Shown: one piece after another, positions 1 through 11,945 of the stretch | Position numbering within the stretch: the first letter of the stretch is position 1 | Layout: every line of letters begins with the position of its first letter | Assembly (NCBI GenBank): GCA_965153285.1 | Contig: OZ229114.1 | Direction: 5' to 3' (one strand) | DNA length: 64,000 nt | Source: Podarcis tiliguerta | Taxonomy: Eukaryota | Program-made: the position numbers and the translations under genes | Notes under the pieces: model-generated | What the model saw: the letters and a program-made list of their open reading frames with translations, nothing else | Database searches by the model: none | What the model was told of the DNA's origin: nothing

Positions 1-338
1 GCCAGGCACACCTCAGTGGGGAGCCACTATCAAAAAGGTCCTTCCCTTTCCTTGCATTAAGTGTGCATATAAAGCTCCTTTTTCTATTGGTATAGTGGCA
101 AGGGTGTGTACTGGGAAATCTTTTGTTAAAGCAAATGTGGTAAGAACAGAAAAAGAATGTTTGTGTTTGGAAAATGTAGTAACTACAGCAGAGCAACAGC
201 TGCTATTGGGCTTCAGTTTCACACAAATCTATACATGTTTCATGCTCTTTTAAACAGCCCCTGTTAATTATGACACCCATTGCCATTACGTTGTTGCCAT
301 GCTGCAGTGCTTTGTTGTGCTGAATTATTTCTGTGCAG

Positions 339-472
339 ATGGGAAGAACTGCAGGTACTAGCCAGTGAGCCGGCCGAATGGCACATCCTCTTTGCCGAAG
401 ATGCTGATGACGCCTCCAATGGTTTATATACCACCCTTACAGAGTCTGCCATCTGCAGCGCTGCATTTCCAG
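339..472 (+). CDS. VWA2: VWA2 exon (~exon 7), end of first VWA domain: (R)WEELQVLASEPAEWHILFAEDADDASNGLYTTLTESAICSAAFP
   Basis: tttctgtgcag|A acceptor; CCAG|gtaaaa donor; 134 nt. Confidence 0.93.
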
Positions 473-3400
473 GTAAAAATGGTTTTTAGTCGTCTACACA
501 CTGATTAAACAAGTCTTGCCATCTATTTTGTTTAGGCACTAGCTGTCACGTTCGGCGGGGGTTTTTTTGTGTTCCTGGACCCAAAGCCTCATTTGTCCTT
601 CCTCCCTCCAGGCTGCTTTTCTAATCTAGGGCATTCTTTCTGTTTATCAGAAGGCAGGAAGGAAGAGAAATTCCAGACAGAGGGAGAAAGAAAGAGAAGC
701 TTCAAAGTCTGGTGATTAAGGGTAGAGCTGCTATTTGCCTGTAGGGTTGCCTGTTTCTGAGAGCTTGAAGGCAGCAAGTGAGACTCTCCAGCAGTGGTGC
801 CTCATACAGGGCCATTCCATCCCTGCACACGCCTAAGAAAATTAAGCTGCATGTTAAATTTACTGTAGAGTGTGTAGCAATGTCTTCAGTTTTTGATAAT
901 TAAACCATTAGTGTGGTGGGATGCTGGTCCTGTTGTAAATGTCGCGGGTTGTATCCAACACTGCGCAGGCAGAGTTCCATTTCAGCAATGGGACTTGCCC
1001 TCCCAAAATCTGTTTTCCAACCTTCTGGAGAAGATTTTAAGGAAGTGAGTGGGGGGTTCCCAAGTAGAGGAAGGGAAGTTCCATTGTGGAAGTAGAATAG
1101 CAGCAATGGACGCAACACATTATACGGTGAGGAGAAGTCTGTCCGTCCCCAGATACTTTTAATCTGAATCCCTAGCCACGGGAGAGGGGCAGTTTCCTTT
1201 TAGATTGGGGTTGGGAAGGCAAGAGGTAAGCTTCCCCTCAATACACACTGTATTTATGGTAGGAATTGTGCTTCCGCCCCACCCTACACCTCTTAATTTA
1301 ATTAACAACAACAAAAACCCATGCTGTGCAATGCCTATTAGGTGTAGTTTGACCCTTTATAATTGTACATCACAGCAAGCAATACAGAAGGCTGGGCAAC
1401 ACTGAGGGTTGGCTTCAAGTTAGAGAGGGGGTGCTACCTAGCCAAGTGTCCTGTGTTTCCCTTCCCTCCACTGCCCACCTTGTTGATTCCCCAGTTTTAC
1501 CCCATGGCAGTAGCTACATCAAGTATTTGGGTGTATTGTTGGAAATTCAAAATGGTGCTTGGCTTCCCTACCATTGCTATCAGAAAGGAAAGACAGAAAG
1601 CTGCCTCATATCAGCTCAAGCGGTTTGCCCATCTAGCCCAGTATTTTCTACTCTGACTGCCAGTGGCTTCCTAAGGTCTCGGGCAAAGGGCTTTCCTGTC
1701 GCCCGCTATCTGATCTTTTCAGTGGGAGATGCCCGGGATGAAATCTGAAGCCTTCTCATGTAAATAATGTGCTCTTCATGTTTTGCTGTGCTCCCTTTTT
1801 GGGGGTGCATAAAGTTTTCGATCACAGGCAATGAATGCCTACTCTTGAGACCATTTTCTCCTTGCCCCAGGCTGCGGAGCTGAATCTCACTCTTGCGAAC
1901 GCAAAACACTCGAGAGAGTCAAAGAGTTTGTGGGAAACTACTTTTGCTGGAAGGGGTCGAAGAGCAATAATGCTGTGCGCACGTCGCTCTGCCCATTTTA
2001 CAAGTGAGTCAGCAGCTGTACGCTGCCCCTTTAAACCCCAGTGGGGATCAATGAAATCTATATGTATAGGTGCCCTAGGGAAATGAAGGTGATGGCTGGG
2101 CAAGAGCTCAGCACTGTCCTGTCCTGCTGGCCTCTAAGCAAAGTTTTTTAAAATAAAGTTTAAAAAAGTGGGGGAGAGGCAGGAGAAATGGAGCCCATCA
2201 CACACAAAAATGGGTTTCAAACACTCCAAGGCTACACCCACAACAGCACCTAGAAGCTAGTGTCTCCAGCAGATTTTTGCATTTGAATAAAAAAAGAGAG
2301 ATAAAGAGGCAGAGAGATTTGGCTGAGTCCAGTTATAGTTGGAAATCGACACAGTATCTCTTGATTCAGATGCAGGGCACATCTTTGTATTCCTGAATTC
2401 CCTCCAGTGTCACAATGGATTACTTTCCTCGAGGTAGAAAAAGAGCCAGGCCCAGAATTCTCATAGCTGGCCCTAGTACGCAACCGAGGCCTCTCCGGAT
2501 GTTTTTCATGCCTCTTGGTTGGAAGAAACACTTCTTCTCTTGTCTTGCTCCTTTGACAGTTCTATAAGATCATCCCTGATATGGGGCAAAGGCTCAATCA
2601 CTGGCAGGAAATAGCCTCTGCTCATATTGCAGCCAATGCGAAGCCCAAAGTCTGCAAACACAGGGCTATATTGTCAGCTCGGGGGCAGCAGGTCCAACAA
2701 GAAAATTCCCCGCATGCTGAGTTGAGGATATATCCTAAAATTATGCAAGATAAGTAATGTCAAATGCCTGTAAAAGGAAGTAGTTGCACGCTCAAATCTT
2801 TGTAAGAAGGGCTTGTACCCCTAAGTGAAATATTTGAGAAAGGACTTGGAAAGGGAAACAGATCTTTGTGCCTTTTGTAGTTTTGTTTTGTTTCTGTATA
2901 TAAAGAAGTTTTAAAAGATGTAGTATTTCCTTTCAGCTCCTCCCCCTCCCTCCGCATCCCCCACTTGTTTCCTCTATGAGAAATCTACCTTGGGGACTAG
3001 CTAGGGATGGTGGGAGGAAATCGGCTTGTGATAGCACACACATATCTTGACTGACGCAGCGTGGGAAGTAAAGAAATAAAATAGCTTTGAAAAGAGCAAA
3101 TTTTTATGAGCAGGCCAACAGAATTCTGAAGTTGGAATGTCTTACATAGTACGTAGATTTATGTAAATGAAGAGCATACTTTAAAGATGTACTTCTCAGG
3201 GGTTACAGCAAATGTGTGTGTATGGGGGGGGTGGAGCCAGCGATTATGCAGCTAGACATTGTTGGACTCCGGATCCCATCGTCCCTGTCTACTGGCCTTG
3301 CTGACTGGGACAGATGGGAGTTGGAGTCCAGCATCTCAAGGGCACCACATTGGTTACACCTGGTGTAAGTAAACATAAGAGGGTGGCATGGAGTTTAGAG

Positions 3401-5114
3401 ACATCAGTGGTGAAATCTCTGCTGCCTTGTTGTTGTTTTTTTGCAAAGCTTTATGGCTAGGCGTGCATAAGATTGTGTATTTAATACATTAACCAAACTG
3501 AAAGTTGTCAACTTCTATTTCATAGACTAAAGTTTATCCCAATCTCACTTTTTTATATACTGGCTTTTCTAATTAAGCTGGAGGAACACCTTCATCAAGT
3601 ATCCTTCTAGATGCTACCGTACCACATGCCCAGGTAAGATACATTTCAAAATGAAAAATAATGAGGTATTAATTTAATACCTGGACTTGTCTTGACTAAT
3701 TTCCGCAAAACAAATTATGGTGTAAGAATGTAAGATAAAGAGAAAAATAGAGAAGAGGAACTGAGAAAGAAACAGTTGACTAAGTATACACCCCGACCTG
3801 CATTGAGGATGAAGGAAGTCAAATAGAAATGAATAAGAACTGAATTAGGGATGTATCTGTAGCATCTGCTTTGCATTTTTGTTAGTTTGTTTTGTGAGTG
3901 TTGTCTGTGTTGGTGTCGGTATTATAAATCAATTAAAAAAGAGAGGAAAAAATTTAAAATGGGGTAAAATAAGGTGGTGCCTCAATTAATAGACATTCTG
4001 TTTGCCAACAAAGGGAAACAGGAGAAGCCTAGTTTATAAGAAGAGTGTCAAATGAAGACCCTTTGACTGTGTTCCAGAGTCTATGTTGCTTTTCTAAAAG
4101 GCAAGATACGCTCTCGCTAGACACAAAAAAGGGATCTTGGGGTTAAATACTCTGCTTAGATGCCGTGTGAACTGTGCCTGAGTTTTCCTAGAGCTCGGTC
4201 CTGTTTACAACTTAACAACAAGAAGAAAGGCTCCATAATCATTGATTAAAAAATTAAATGGGTACCCTTGTCTTTCTCCTTCCTGGTTTTTGGTTTGTTT
4301 TTTTTTAGATCCTTGTGGTTCTCATCCTTGCCAGAATGGAGGCACATGCATTCAGCAGGGATTAGAAGGATACCACTGTGTCTGCCCAGTTGGCTTTGGA
4401 GGAGATGCTAATTGCGGTATGCCTTTTCATCTTAGGCACCAGTGCTTTGAGGTTGTTGTTTTTTAATCTGTCACGAACATCACACAGTTTCCTGTAACAG
4501 TTCTGGTTGTTGTTATTTTTGTTTTATAACAGGGAAGAGGAGAAAAGGATAAGGGTTAAGAGACTCGATTTACAAAACAAAACATTAAATGTTTCAGAGG
4601 AAGGGGGTTTTTTTGGTACTGCTTGTTTCTGGTGACTGAGACATGGGGCTCATCCAGATTTCCTTTTGCGCCACATATCTAGGCACAGGTCTGGGCTTTA
4701 CAGCTCTGGATCTGAGCGATTTTATTTTATTTTTGCCCCCGCGCTTTCCCCAGGAACACATGTGTTTTACCGCTGAATAAGAGCAAAGAGCAAATGGGTT
4801 TTGTGTGGATTGCCAGTTGCTCCAATTCAGCAGTAAAATGCAGGTTTTCCTGGTGAAAGCAGCGGGACAAAAAAATAACTGCTTGGACACAGAGCTTTAA
4901 AGTCCAGACCCGTGCCTAGAAATACGGCACAAAAAGAAGTCTATATGAGCCCACAGTGAAAGCTGTAATCTTAATCACATTCACTGGGAAATAGGTCCCA
5001 TTGAGGTTAATGGGAATTACTTCCATGTTAGTATAATTAGGAAAAGGATCTGAAGGTTCTTGATGACAATTTCAGGACATTCAGGCTGCAATTAATTATT
5101 TGTGTTTATTTACA

Positions 5115-5151
<37 letters not shown>

Positions 5152-8100
5152 ATTTGCTTGCAAGAAAACCTCAAAGTGGTTTAAAACATTAAAATTTATC
5201 AGTTGAAAACAAATCTTTAAATTGTTTTAAAAAATAATTAAAATCAATGCTACGCTAAAAACCAGATTAAATCATGTTTATATGTCTGGATTGGCTTGCC
5301 TAAACAAAAATGCTGTTAGCAGTCACCGAAAAGAGTACCGTGAAGGCGCCTGCCTGGTGTCAATTATAAGCCAGTCTTCCTGGAAACAAGCCCAATTATA
5401 CTCCCTGGAACGTATTTCTGAGCAGACATGTATAAGATAGTGCTGTTCGCTTTGCTTTATGTCTTTGCAGCCAACCTGTCGTTGCTGCTTATTTCTCCAC
5501 ACCCAAAGAGTTGGCATGTCTGCAAAAGGCAGCAAACATCAAATAATTGGGGAGGCTGTTAAAAGGAAGTGCAGCATTCAAAATCGCAGGCTGCTTTTGA
5601 ATTGGCTCTATACATAGAATATGGTTATGGAGAGCAAGTGTTACTTTTGCTAGGAATTTCTATGAAGACATGGATCAAGCAATTCATTTCTAGTTGCATA
5701 TCTTAGGCTGGATCTGAGATACCGGTACTTCAAAAAAAGGTTTCAGGAAAACGCATTGTGAACCTTATAATGGGAAATCACATTGGCGAAAGACTGAACT
5801 CTACAGTGCCATCTGGTGTCACAACACTTTTAAAACACTTAAAAAAAAAACTAATATAGCTGAGTCCTTAGTGGCTCTTCGTTTGTTAATTGGTTCTGCA
5901 GATTCTGCTTATACTGAGATTGGGAGCAAGGCTCAGGATTCTGCACTCTCGCCACTGTGGATAGATCCTACCCTGGCCTGGGGTGAATGTTATTGTAATT
6001 AAAAGTTGGCAATCCTAAATTATCATAGCTTACTGATTTCAACAAGTTACTCTAGAATCTCCAAGAAACTTCTTGTTACATTTTTATTTGGACTTCTTAA
6101 CCCTTTCTTAATACTTTTAAACAAAATTTCCAGCACCCAAGCTGAGTCTAGAATGCAGCGTAGACCTTCTTTTCCTGGTGGACAGTTCATCCAGTACCAC
6201 CCTCGAAGGCTTCTTGCGCTATAAAGCTTTCCTGAAGAGGTTTCTCCAAGCTGTGTGGAGTAGAGAGAGCCCAGGGAATGTGGGTGTAGCCCAGTACAGC
6301 AACGATGTCAAAATGGCCGTCGGCATTGGAGACCACCAAGATGCACTCAGTCTGGTGAAGGCTGTTGATTCCATGCAGTTCAGTGGAGGAAGCACCTTGA
6401 CTGGCAAAGCTTTGCGGTATGTTACACAGCATGGCTTTAAGAGCGGCCCAGTCTTTGCTGATACACCCGATGACCTCCCACGTGTGGTCGTCTTGCTCAC
6501 GGATTCAAATGCTCAGGATTCAGTGGCAGAGGCAGCTAAGTACAGCAGAGGCCAAGATGTCTTCCTCATTGGAATTGGCAGTGAATCTTTGAAAGCAGAG
6601 CTGGATAATATTACAGGGAATCCAAAGTGGACACTGATCTACTCATCCCCACAAGATCTCTTCAACAAGATTCCTGAACTACAAAGGAAAATATGCAGCA
6701 TAGACAGCCAAGGTAAGGGTTCTAGGTAAGAAAGCATTATCATTTGGTATCTCAGCATCTACTATTGGCTGTTAGGTCCTTATATCCACATACTTGCTAT
6801 CCAGAAATTCACTTATCTGCACTTAAAGAATTCTGCCGAAACCTCACTATATGCTCCACAGATTCACTTATTCGAACAGCCAATTTCCTTACTCGGTTTG
6901 GGATTTTTGTTTGTGATTTGCTGGTCATCATCCCAGCAGCTATTTTCAGGCAGGAGCCATGGAGAGAGGGAAGGAAAAGCAAGATCAGATGAATCCGAGG
7001 CCAGGGAAAAATCTGACAAAACTATGAAAAGAGTGGACAAATTGCAAATTGGAAGTGTTTCCATAGGAAATAATAAAAATCGTGGACTTGTTATGTGACC
7101 ACTTGCCTAACAAACAATTTCCTGGGAACACATTGTGTCCATAAATCAGTACCTGCATGTATGACTTAAAGAGGCACTGGTATATTCTGATACATACTTG
7201 AAGATGTATGATGGAAAATGGGAACAAAGGCATCACTTCTCAACAGTTAATCAAGTCTAGTTGCCTGCAATCAAAGTGGATCTGCTATTTGCTAAGCCAT
7301 CTCAGAGGCTTAGCTGAGCTTTTCTTCAGAACAAATTCTGAGATGGTGGGAATTGATTCAGATCTTCATCTATACCTTCTAAGATGATGAAATGTCTATA
7401 GTTTTTCTAAGCAAATTATGAGTTAACTATTTATAATAGGCATCCCCAGACTTGGCCCTCCAGATGTTTTGGGATTACAGTTCCCATCGTCCCTGACCAC
7501 TGGTCCTGTTAGCTAGGGATGCTGGGAGTTGTAGTCCCAAAACATCTGGAGGGCTGAGTTTGGGGAATGCCTGATTTAGACGATTGTTTTAGTTTGACTG
7601 AGCTATTTAAAAATGAACTAAATGTTGGGTTTATTTTCATTTAATTTGTTACATTTTTCTCCCTCCCTTCCTTCAGTGGCTTCAGGCTGGCATACATTTT
7701 AATTCTAACAGCCCTGTGAGGTAGCTTAGACTGAGAGGTGGTCGCTGGCCCAAGCTCACCTTGGTGAGCGTCAGAACCAAGCAGGAACTTGAATGTGATC
7801 CAGTATTCTAGCACTGGCTTTGCCTCACCTTACTGCTTGCTCAGTGCTGTTTAATTTTTACAATTCAAAAGAAATCTGCTGTTCTAAGACGCCTGCTTTT
7901 CTAAATTTAGCCCAAACTAATGTCAATATGACCTTATGCAAATACCATTCCCTTTCATTTGACTGTGTTTTAGATGCCTTCCAGCTATTCAACCTCCTGC
8001 TTGGCAGGGGGTTGGACTCAATGGCCCTTGTGGTCTCTTCCAACTCTATGATTCTATGATTCAGACTATTGAGCCATGTTCTCAGAAGCTTAATGCTGCT

Positions 8101-11100
8101 CCTTCCTTCCTTCCTTAGGCTGCCCATCTCAGTCTATGGACTTGGTATTTGCTTTGGACTCTTCAGCTTCTGTTGGAAGGAATAACTTTGTGCAGCTGAA
8201 AACCTTTGTCAGCAGCCTCTCTCTCCAATTTGACATCAATCGGGATGTGACTCAGGTAGGCCTTGTTGTCTTTGGGAAAAGGCCTCACACCACATTTGGG
8301 CTGGATACACATGTGACCAGCTCAGATCTCCATGAAGCCATCAGTCAAGCTCCCTTTGTAGGTGGCTCTGCCTCGGTTGGCAGCTCCTTGCTCCATATTT
8401 ATGATGATCTCATGACTGTCCAAAAAGGAGCGAGGCCTGGTGTGAAGAAGATTGTGGTGGTGGTCACAAGTGGAGCTGGAGTGGAGGATGCCGTTGTCCC
8501 AGCTCAACAGCTACGTAATAATGACGTATCGCTACTGGTTATTGGAATGGAACAAGTTCAAGTGAGCTCATTGCTGAGGATTGCAGGTTCTCACAATAAT
8601 CTCTTGAGGATTCCTTCGTATGAAGAACTAAAAAATAATGAAGAACTTATCCTTGAAAGAATATGTGATGGTAAGATGATTATTTTGACTTCATGGTTGC
8701 ATCTGTATACAATAAAACCACATTTCTTTATTAATACCTTCATTTTATTATTATTTCGGATAACCCTTTGCCCAGCGTAACCTGGAGCCAGCCCTTCTTT
8801 CCCTGCATCTGCCCATAAACCAGGGGATGCTAACCTGCAGCCTTCCAGATGTTATTGGACTACAGCTCCCAGTATTCAATTTGTGATGGTTCAGGGTGAT
8901 GGGAGTTGGAGTCTTAACATCTGGAAGGACTACAGGCTTGCCACTTCTATCATAATAAATCATATATTATTACTTTTTGGAATTCACATTTGTTTCTTGG
9001 CTTATCACCAATATCAAGTGTCCGAAGGGGCTAGCTAAATATCAATTTACAGTGAATTAGAAGTGCATTGTATGTATCAAGTACCGGTAAAGTACATTAC
9101 TTGAAACATCAGTGCAATAAAATTACAATGCTAGTTTGGACATTTCCAAACTTGAGCCATATTTAGTTCTTGAATTTGAAATGCCAATTGATTTCAGCAC
9201 TACCTTTTCTGATGTAAATATACTTCTGAGAAAAAGGTGAAGAAAAGTAAGATCTATGCTTCAGCACTACCTAACAACCACATATTCCTAACCCCCTTCT
9301 TTGAAGTTGAAAAGAAGCCACATTAAACACTTCTTCCCCTTCGTGTTTAGTTTAAACCATCTTCAAATCAGTATTTGCCATGTGTCTGATTATCTGTTTC
9401 ACCTTTTAAGCCATTGTTCATCCAAGATTAGTATTCTTAACACATCAAACAGGGATTGCTTGTGGTAAATGGCAAAAGGACTAGCTGGTCTTTCACGGGC
9501 TAGTGTGCTTTGTTTACAAAACAACTCAAGATGAGACTGAACTTGTAGTCTTTGAACAGCTGCAGCTTAGCCATTTATTTAATGATTGGTAAGGTGATGT
9601 ACTGTCAGATCCTGTGTGTGAAGGAAGGGCACAAATGGGGACCAGGAACAGTAATTGTGAGTTGAGGAGGGTCTATAGAAAGTTCTGGAGCAGGACGCTG
9701 GCATCCCTAATTCCAACAAAAATGTTTCAGCTGTGAATTTGGCTGTGTAAAATTTAAGTAATGCACTCAATGTATAGCTTTGTCCTAGGTGTGAGACTTT
9801 CCCTCTTCTAAGGCTGTAAGGCGTTTCTGCAATACCAGATGTGTTCACTGATTTCCATCTCCACAGAACAACTGGAATCCTGCGGCATTAAGAAAGCTTT
9901 GATTTCTTTCTTCCTTCTTGTGCCTGTTGTTTTCTTTTGTCTGTTGCAGAGGCCAAGAAGCCAGCAAACCTCTGCAAACCCAACCCCTGCATGAATGATG
10001 GAGTTTGTGTTTCTGGAAATGGCAGCTACTGGTGTCGATGCCAAGGCTGGGTAGGACCTCACTGTGAAAACAGTAAGCATCAAAGTACAATAGCCAAAAG
10101 GCATTTAGGCCTCCTCCCTCATTTACATTTATTGTCCCCATCTGAAACAAATGATCCCTGAAGAATCTACTTGCTCCGTACCTTTGCCCCAGATAAAGTC
10201 AATTCATTTCCATTTAGATCACATTCCTAAAAGTATGCTGAAAAAGGGAGGGTGGGGAAATTAAATAAGCTTCATAGTATCAAATTTTACGGTTGACTGG
10301 TAAATGTACTTTTGGCTTGTTCTCTTCACAAATACTAATCTTAAATGACTCACTGCAATCTTCTTAAACCCATATATTTCTTAGGTTTAATTGGCACACT
10401 CTTTCACTAAGATCTTGTTGGATCTCATTCCAAAAGAGTAAGCTTGTTACAGCAAAAGCAGAACCACCTAGCATGTAGTGCACACTGTATTTGTTTTGCT
10501 GAACAAGAGGCGCTCTGCATGTGCAGTGCCTCTTTTCTGCATTGACCTACTTGGAAGGATCAGGAAGCATAGGAGGAGGCCTACAATTGTCTTCCTATGA
10601 GGTTGGCACTTTGAGCATGTGCTTGTTGCTGCACAGATGACACCAGCCTCATAAAGCAGATTGCATCCACCAGTCAAGGTGCTCCTGGCATCCTTTAGGA
10701 TGCTCAAGACCAAATACCAAAAGAGAAGAGTACTCACATATTTGCTTGCACCCCCACATATCTATCTGTAAAACATCGTTGTTTTCTAGGATTCCTTTTT
10801 GATCTCATAACTTACCCCTTGCAATATTCCCTGCATTGTATTACTAAATTGCCAGAAGCATGCTACATGGAACTCGATTGCTGAAGAAACCTTAATAATC
10901 AGTAGTGCAAACAAGACCCATCCTCATTGGAAAATATACTTGTGAAGTCTTTGGGTGTTGGGAGTAGCCATAATATGGATAGTCTTAATGATGAATGAGT
11001 TAACTGATATATATCTGAAATTGACCTTTTTAGTCCCTGCTAGGTTGTCAATGGACTAAGTGAAGCAACTTCACTACAGACCTACAGACACATTTGTAGG

Positions 11101-11343
11101 CCTCATTTCAACATGTTGGAAAAATGAAAAGGCTTCATTTGAAATTCATGTTTTATTTTTGTATGGAGGAAAACCATATTTGACTGTTAACAATCATTCT
11201 TTATTTTTAATATAGGAATTCAGAGGGGTGACACTTCACAGATGCATCCAGCCATGGTCCGTGCTCCACAAAACCGACGCGGCTGGCGGCAGCTGTATCG
11301 ATCTCGCAAGCATTCCAAAAGGCAAATTCCAGAGACTCACTGA
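339..11343 (+). CDS. VWA2: VWA2 (AMACO, von Willebrand factor A domain-containing 2), 3' part: join(339..472,1871..2003,3578..3633,4309..4416,6134..6712,8119..8670,9950..10072,11216..11343); 5' exons lie upstream of the window
   Basis: Eight GT-AG exons splice into one open frame with the order VWA-end/Cys-rich/EGF/VWA/VWA/EGF/unique tail. Peptides resemble vertebrate AMACO (RWEEL..LASEP, CYRTTCP, CQNGGTC). The tail-to-tail VWA2-AFAP1L2 arrangement is the known amniote synteny. Confidence 0.96.
1871..2003 (+). CDS. VWA2: VWA2 exon (~8), Cys-rich region: (G)CGAESHSCERKTLERVKEFVGNYFCWKGSKSNNAVRTSLCPFY
   Basis: ttctccttgccccag| acceptor; AA|gtgagt donor; 133 nt; this frame is not shown in the ORF track. 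Confidence 0.92.
3231..3362. mobile_element. decayed palindromic hAT-type MITE (family A)
   Basis: ggactcc..cccatc.. / ..gatgggagttggagtcc inverted arms shared with 7437-7573. Confidence 0.6.
3578..3633 (+). CDS. VWA2: VWA2 exon (~9): (N)WRNTFIKYPSRCYRTTCP
   Basis: cttttctaattaag| acceptor; CAG|gtaaga donor; 56 nt; phases 2 to 1 fit the neighbouring exons. Confidence 0.92.
3700..3952 (+). mobile_element. probable L1/Tx1-like LINE 3' UTR remnant
   Basis: A-rich then TG-rich segment ending in an A-rich tail; same ggaagtc...T-rich layout as 31091-31503; boundaries uncertain. Confidence 0.4.
4309..4416 (+). CDS. VWA2: VWA2 exon (~10), EGF1: DPCGSHPCQNGGTCIQQGLEGYHCVCPVGFGGDANC
   Basis: polyT-ag acceptor; G|gtatgc donor; 108 nt; 6-Cys EGF pattern. 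Confidence 0.95.
4646..4952. mobile_element. MITE with ~62-bp terminal inverted repeats (possibly PIF/Harbinger-type)
   Basis: gggctcatccaga..ctaggcacaggtctgggctttacagctctg (4646-4708) is reverse-complementary to 4889-4952. Confidence 0.65.
5095..5365 (-). mobile_element. L2 LINE 3' remnant with embedded (TC)n(AC)n microsatellite (5115-5150)
   Basis: tttattt tail, gtggttta, aaggcgcctgcctg: L2-like 3' end in reverse orientation. Confidence 0.5.
6134..6712 (+). CDS. VWA2: VWA2 exon (~11), second VWA domain: APKLSLECSVDLLFLVDSSSSTTLEGF...ICSIDSQ
   Basis: tttccag| acceptor; AAG|gtaagg donor; 579 nt open; VWA motifs DLLFLVDSS and VVVLLTD. Confidence 0.96.
7437..7573. mobile_element. palindromic hAT-type MITE (family A, best-preserved copy)
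   Basis: aggcatcccc..ccctccagatgttttggga / tcccaaaacatctggaggg..ggggaatgcctg; degenerate 8-bp TSD atttataa/atttagac. Confidence 0.8.
7993..8062 (+). mobile_element. CR1 LINE 3' end
   Basis: gcaggggg ttggactc...ttccaactctatgattctatgattc octamer tail. Confidence 0.75.
8119..8670 (+). CDS. VWA2: VWA2 exon (~12), third VWA domain: GCPSQSMDLVFALDSSASVG...LERICD
   Basis: (ttcc)n-ttag| acceptor; ATG|gtaaga donor; 552 nt. Confidence 0.96.
8821..8948. mobile_element. hAT-type MITE (family A)
   Basis: caggggat..ccagatgtt..gactacagctccc / gatgggagttggagtc..acatctggaagg. Confidence 0.65.
9950..10072 (+). CDS. VWA2: VWA2 exon (~13), EGF2: EAKKPANLCKPNPCMNDGVCVSGNGSYWCRCQGWVGPHCEN
   Basis: tctgttgcag| acceptor; ACA|gtaagc donor; 123 nt. 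Confidence 0.94.
11216..11343 (+). CDS. VWA2: VWA2 terminal coding exon: (R)IQRGDTSQMHPAMVRAPQNRRGWRQLYRSRKHSKRQIPETH*
   Basis: tttttaatatag| acceptor in the required phase; open to TGA 11341-11343; RIxRGD start resembles the rodent AMACO tail. Confidence 0.85.
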
Positions 11344-11939
11344 CTATCTTCAGCTACTGAAAACATTGTATGAAAGAACTGAAACACAGTCAACGTTTGC
11401 AAGCAATAATGCTGTTCCCCAAAGCACAGGAGTTTTGCACAGAATCACTTCCTGGTACGCCAAATGAGGTGACCAATATCTAGTTTGTGTTGATATTAGA
11501 TATTTATTGTTGCTGTACTGACACTTTCACCATTTAAGGTCAGCATCTCTTCTGTATGGTGAGTTCCATAGCTCTGAAGATTTCGGTTTCTGTACTGGAT
11601 TGGACATAAGGTCACTGGAACTTATGCCTGCTTTTAATTATTTGAATTTATTTACAAATTTGCAGGTTAAAAAAATGTGATAGCTTTAAGTTTAAGCCTT
11701 CAACTCTAATATATAGCCAAAGTCCACTGCTCCCCCATTGGATCTCCACAGCGAAGCCCCCTCCAAAGGCACTTCCCTTCTGTGTCTGCCATCCCAACTC
11801 AGAATGAAGTCCACTCACAACTAAATTGCCATCTCCCCTGGATTGAGGTGAAGGAAATGAGGGTGGCTCATTTTCTCCAATTAATTTTTCTAATCAATTT
11901 TCCAGCTTCCCAATCCACTGGCTGCAAGAATCCTTTTGC

Positions 11940-11945
11940 AATAAA
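11940..11945 (+). terminator. candidate VWA2 poly(A) signal AATAAA
   Basis: First + strand AATAAA seen downstream of the VWA2 stop; use not demonstrated. Confidence 0.35.

Noticed and set aside
6713-8780. ORF-track C-terminal extensions of VWA2 exons (KGSR; KMIILTSWLHL..., hydrophobic)
   Set aside because: Read-through past strong gtaag donors; no evidence for alternative terminal exons.
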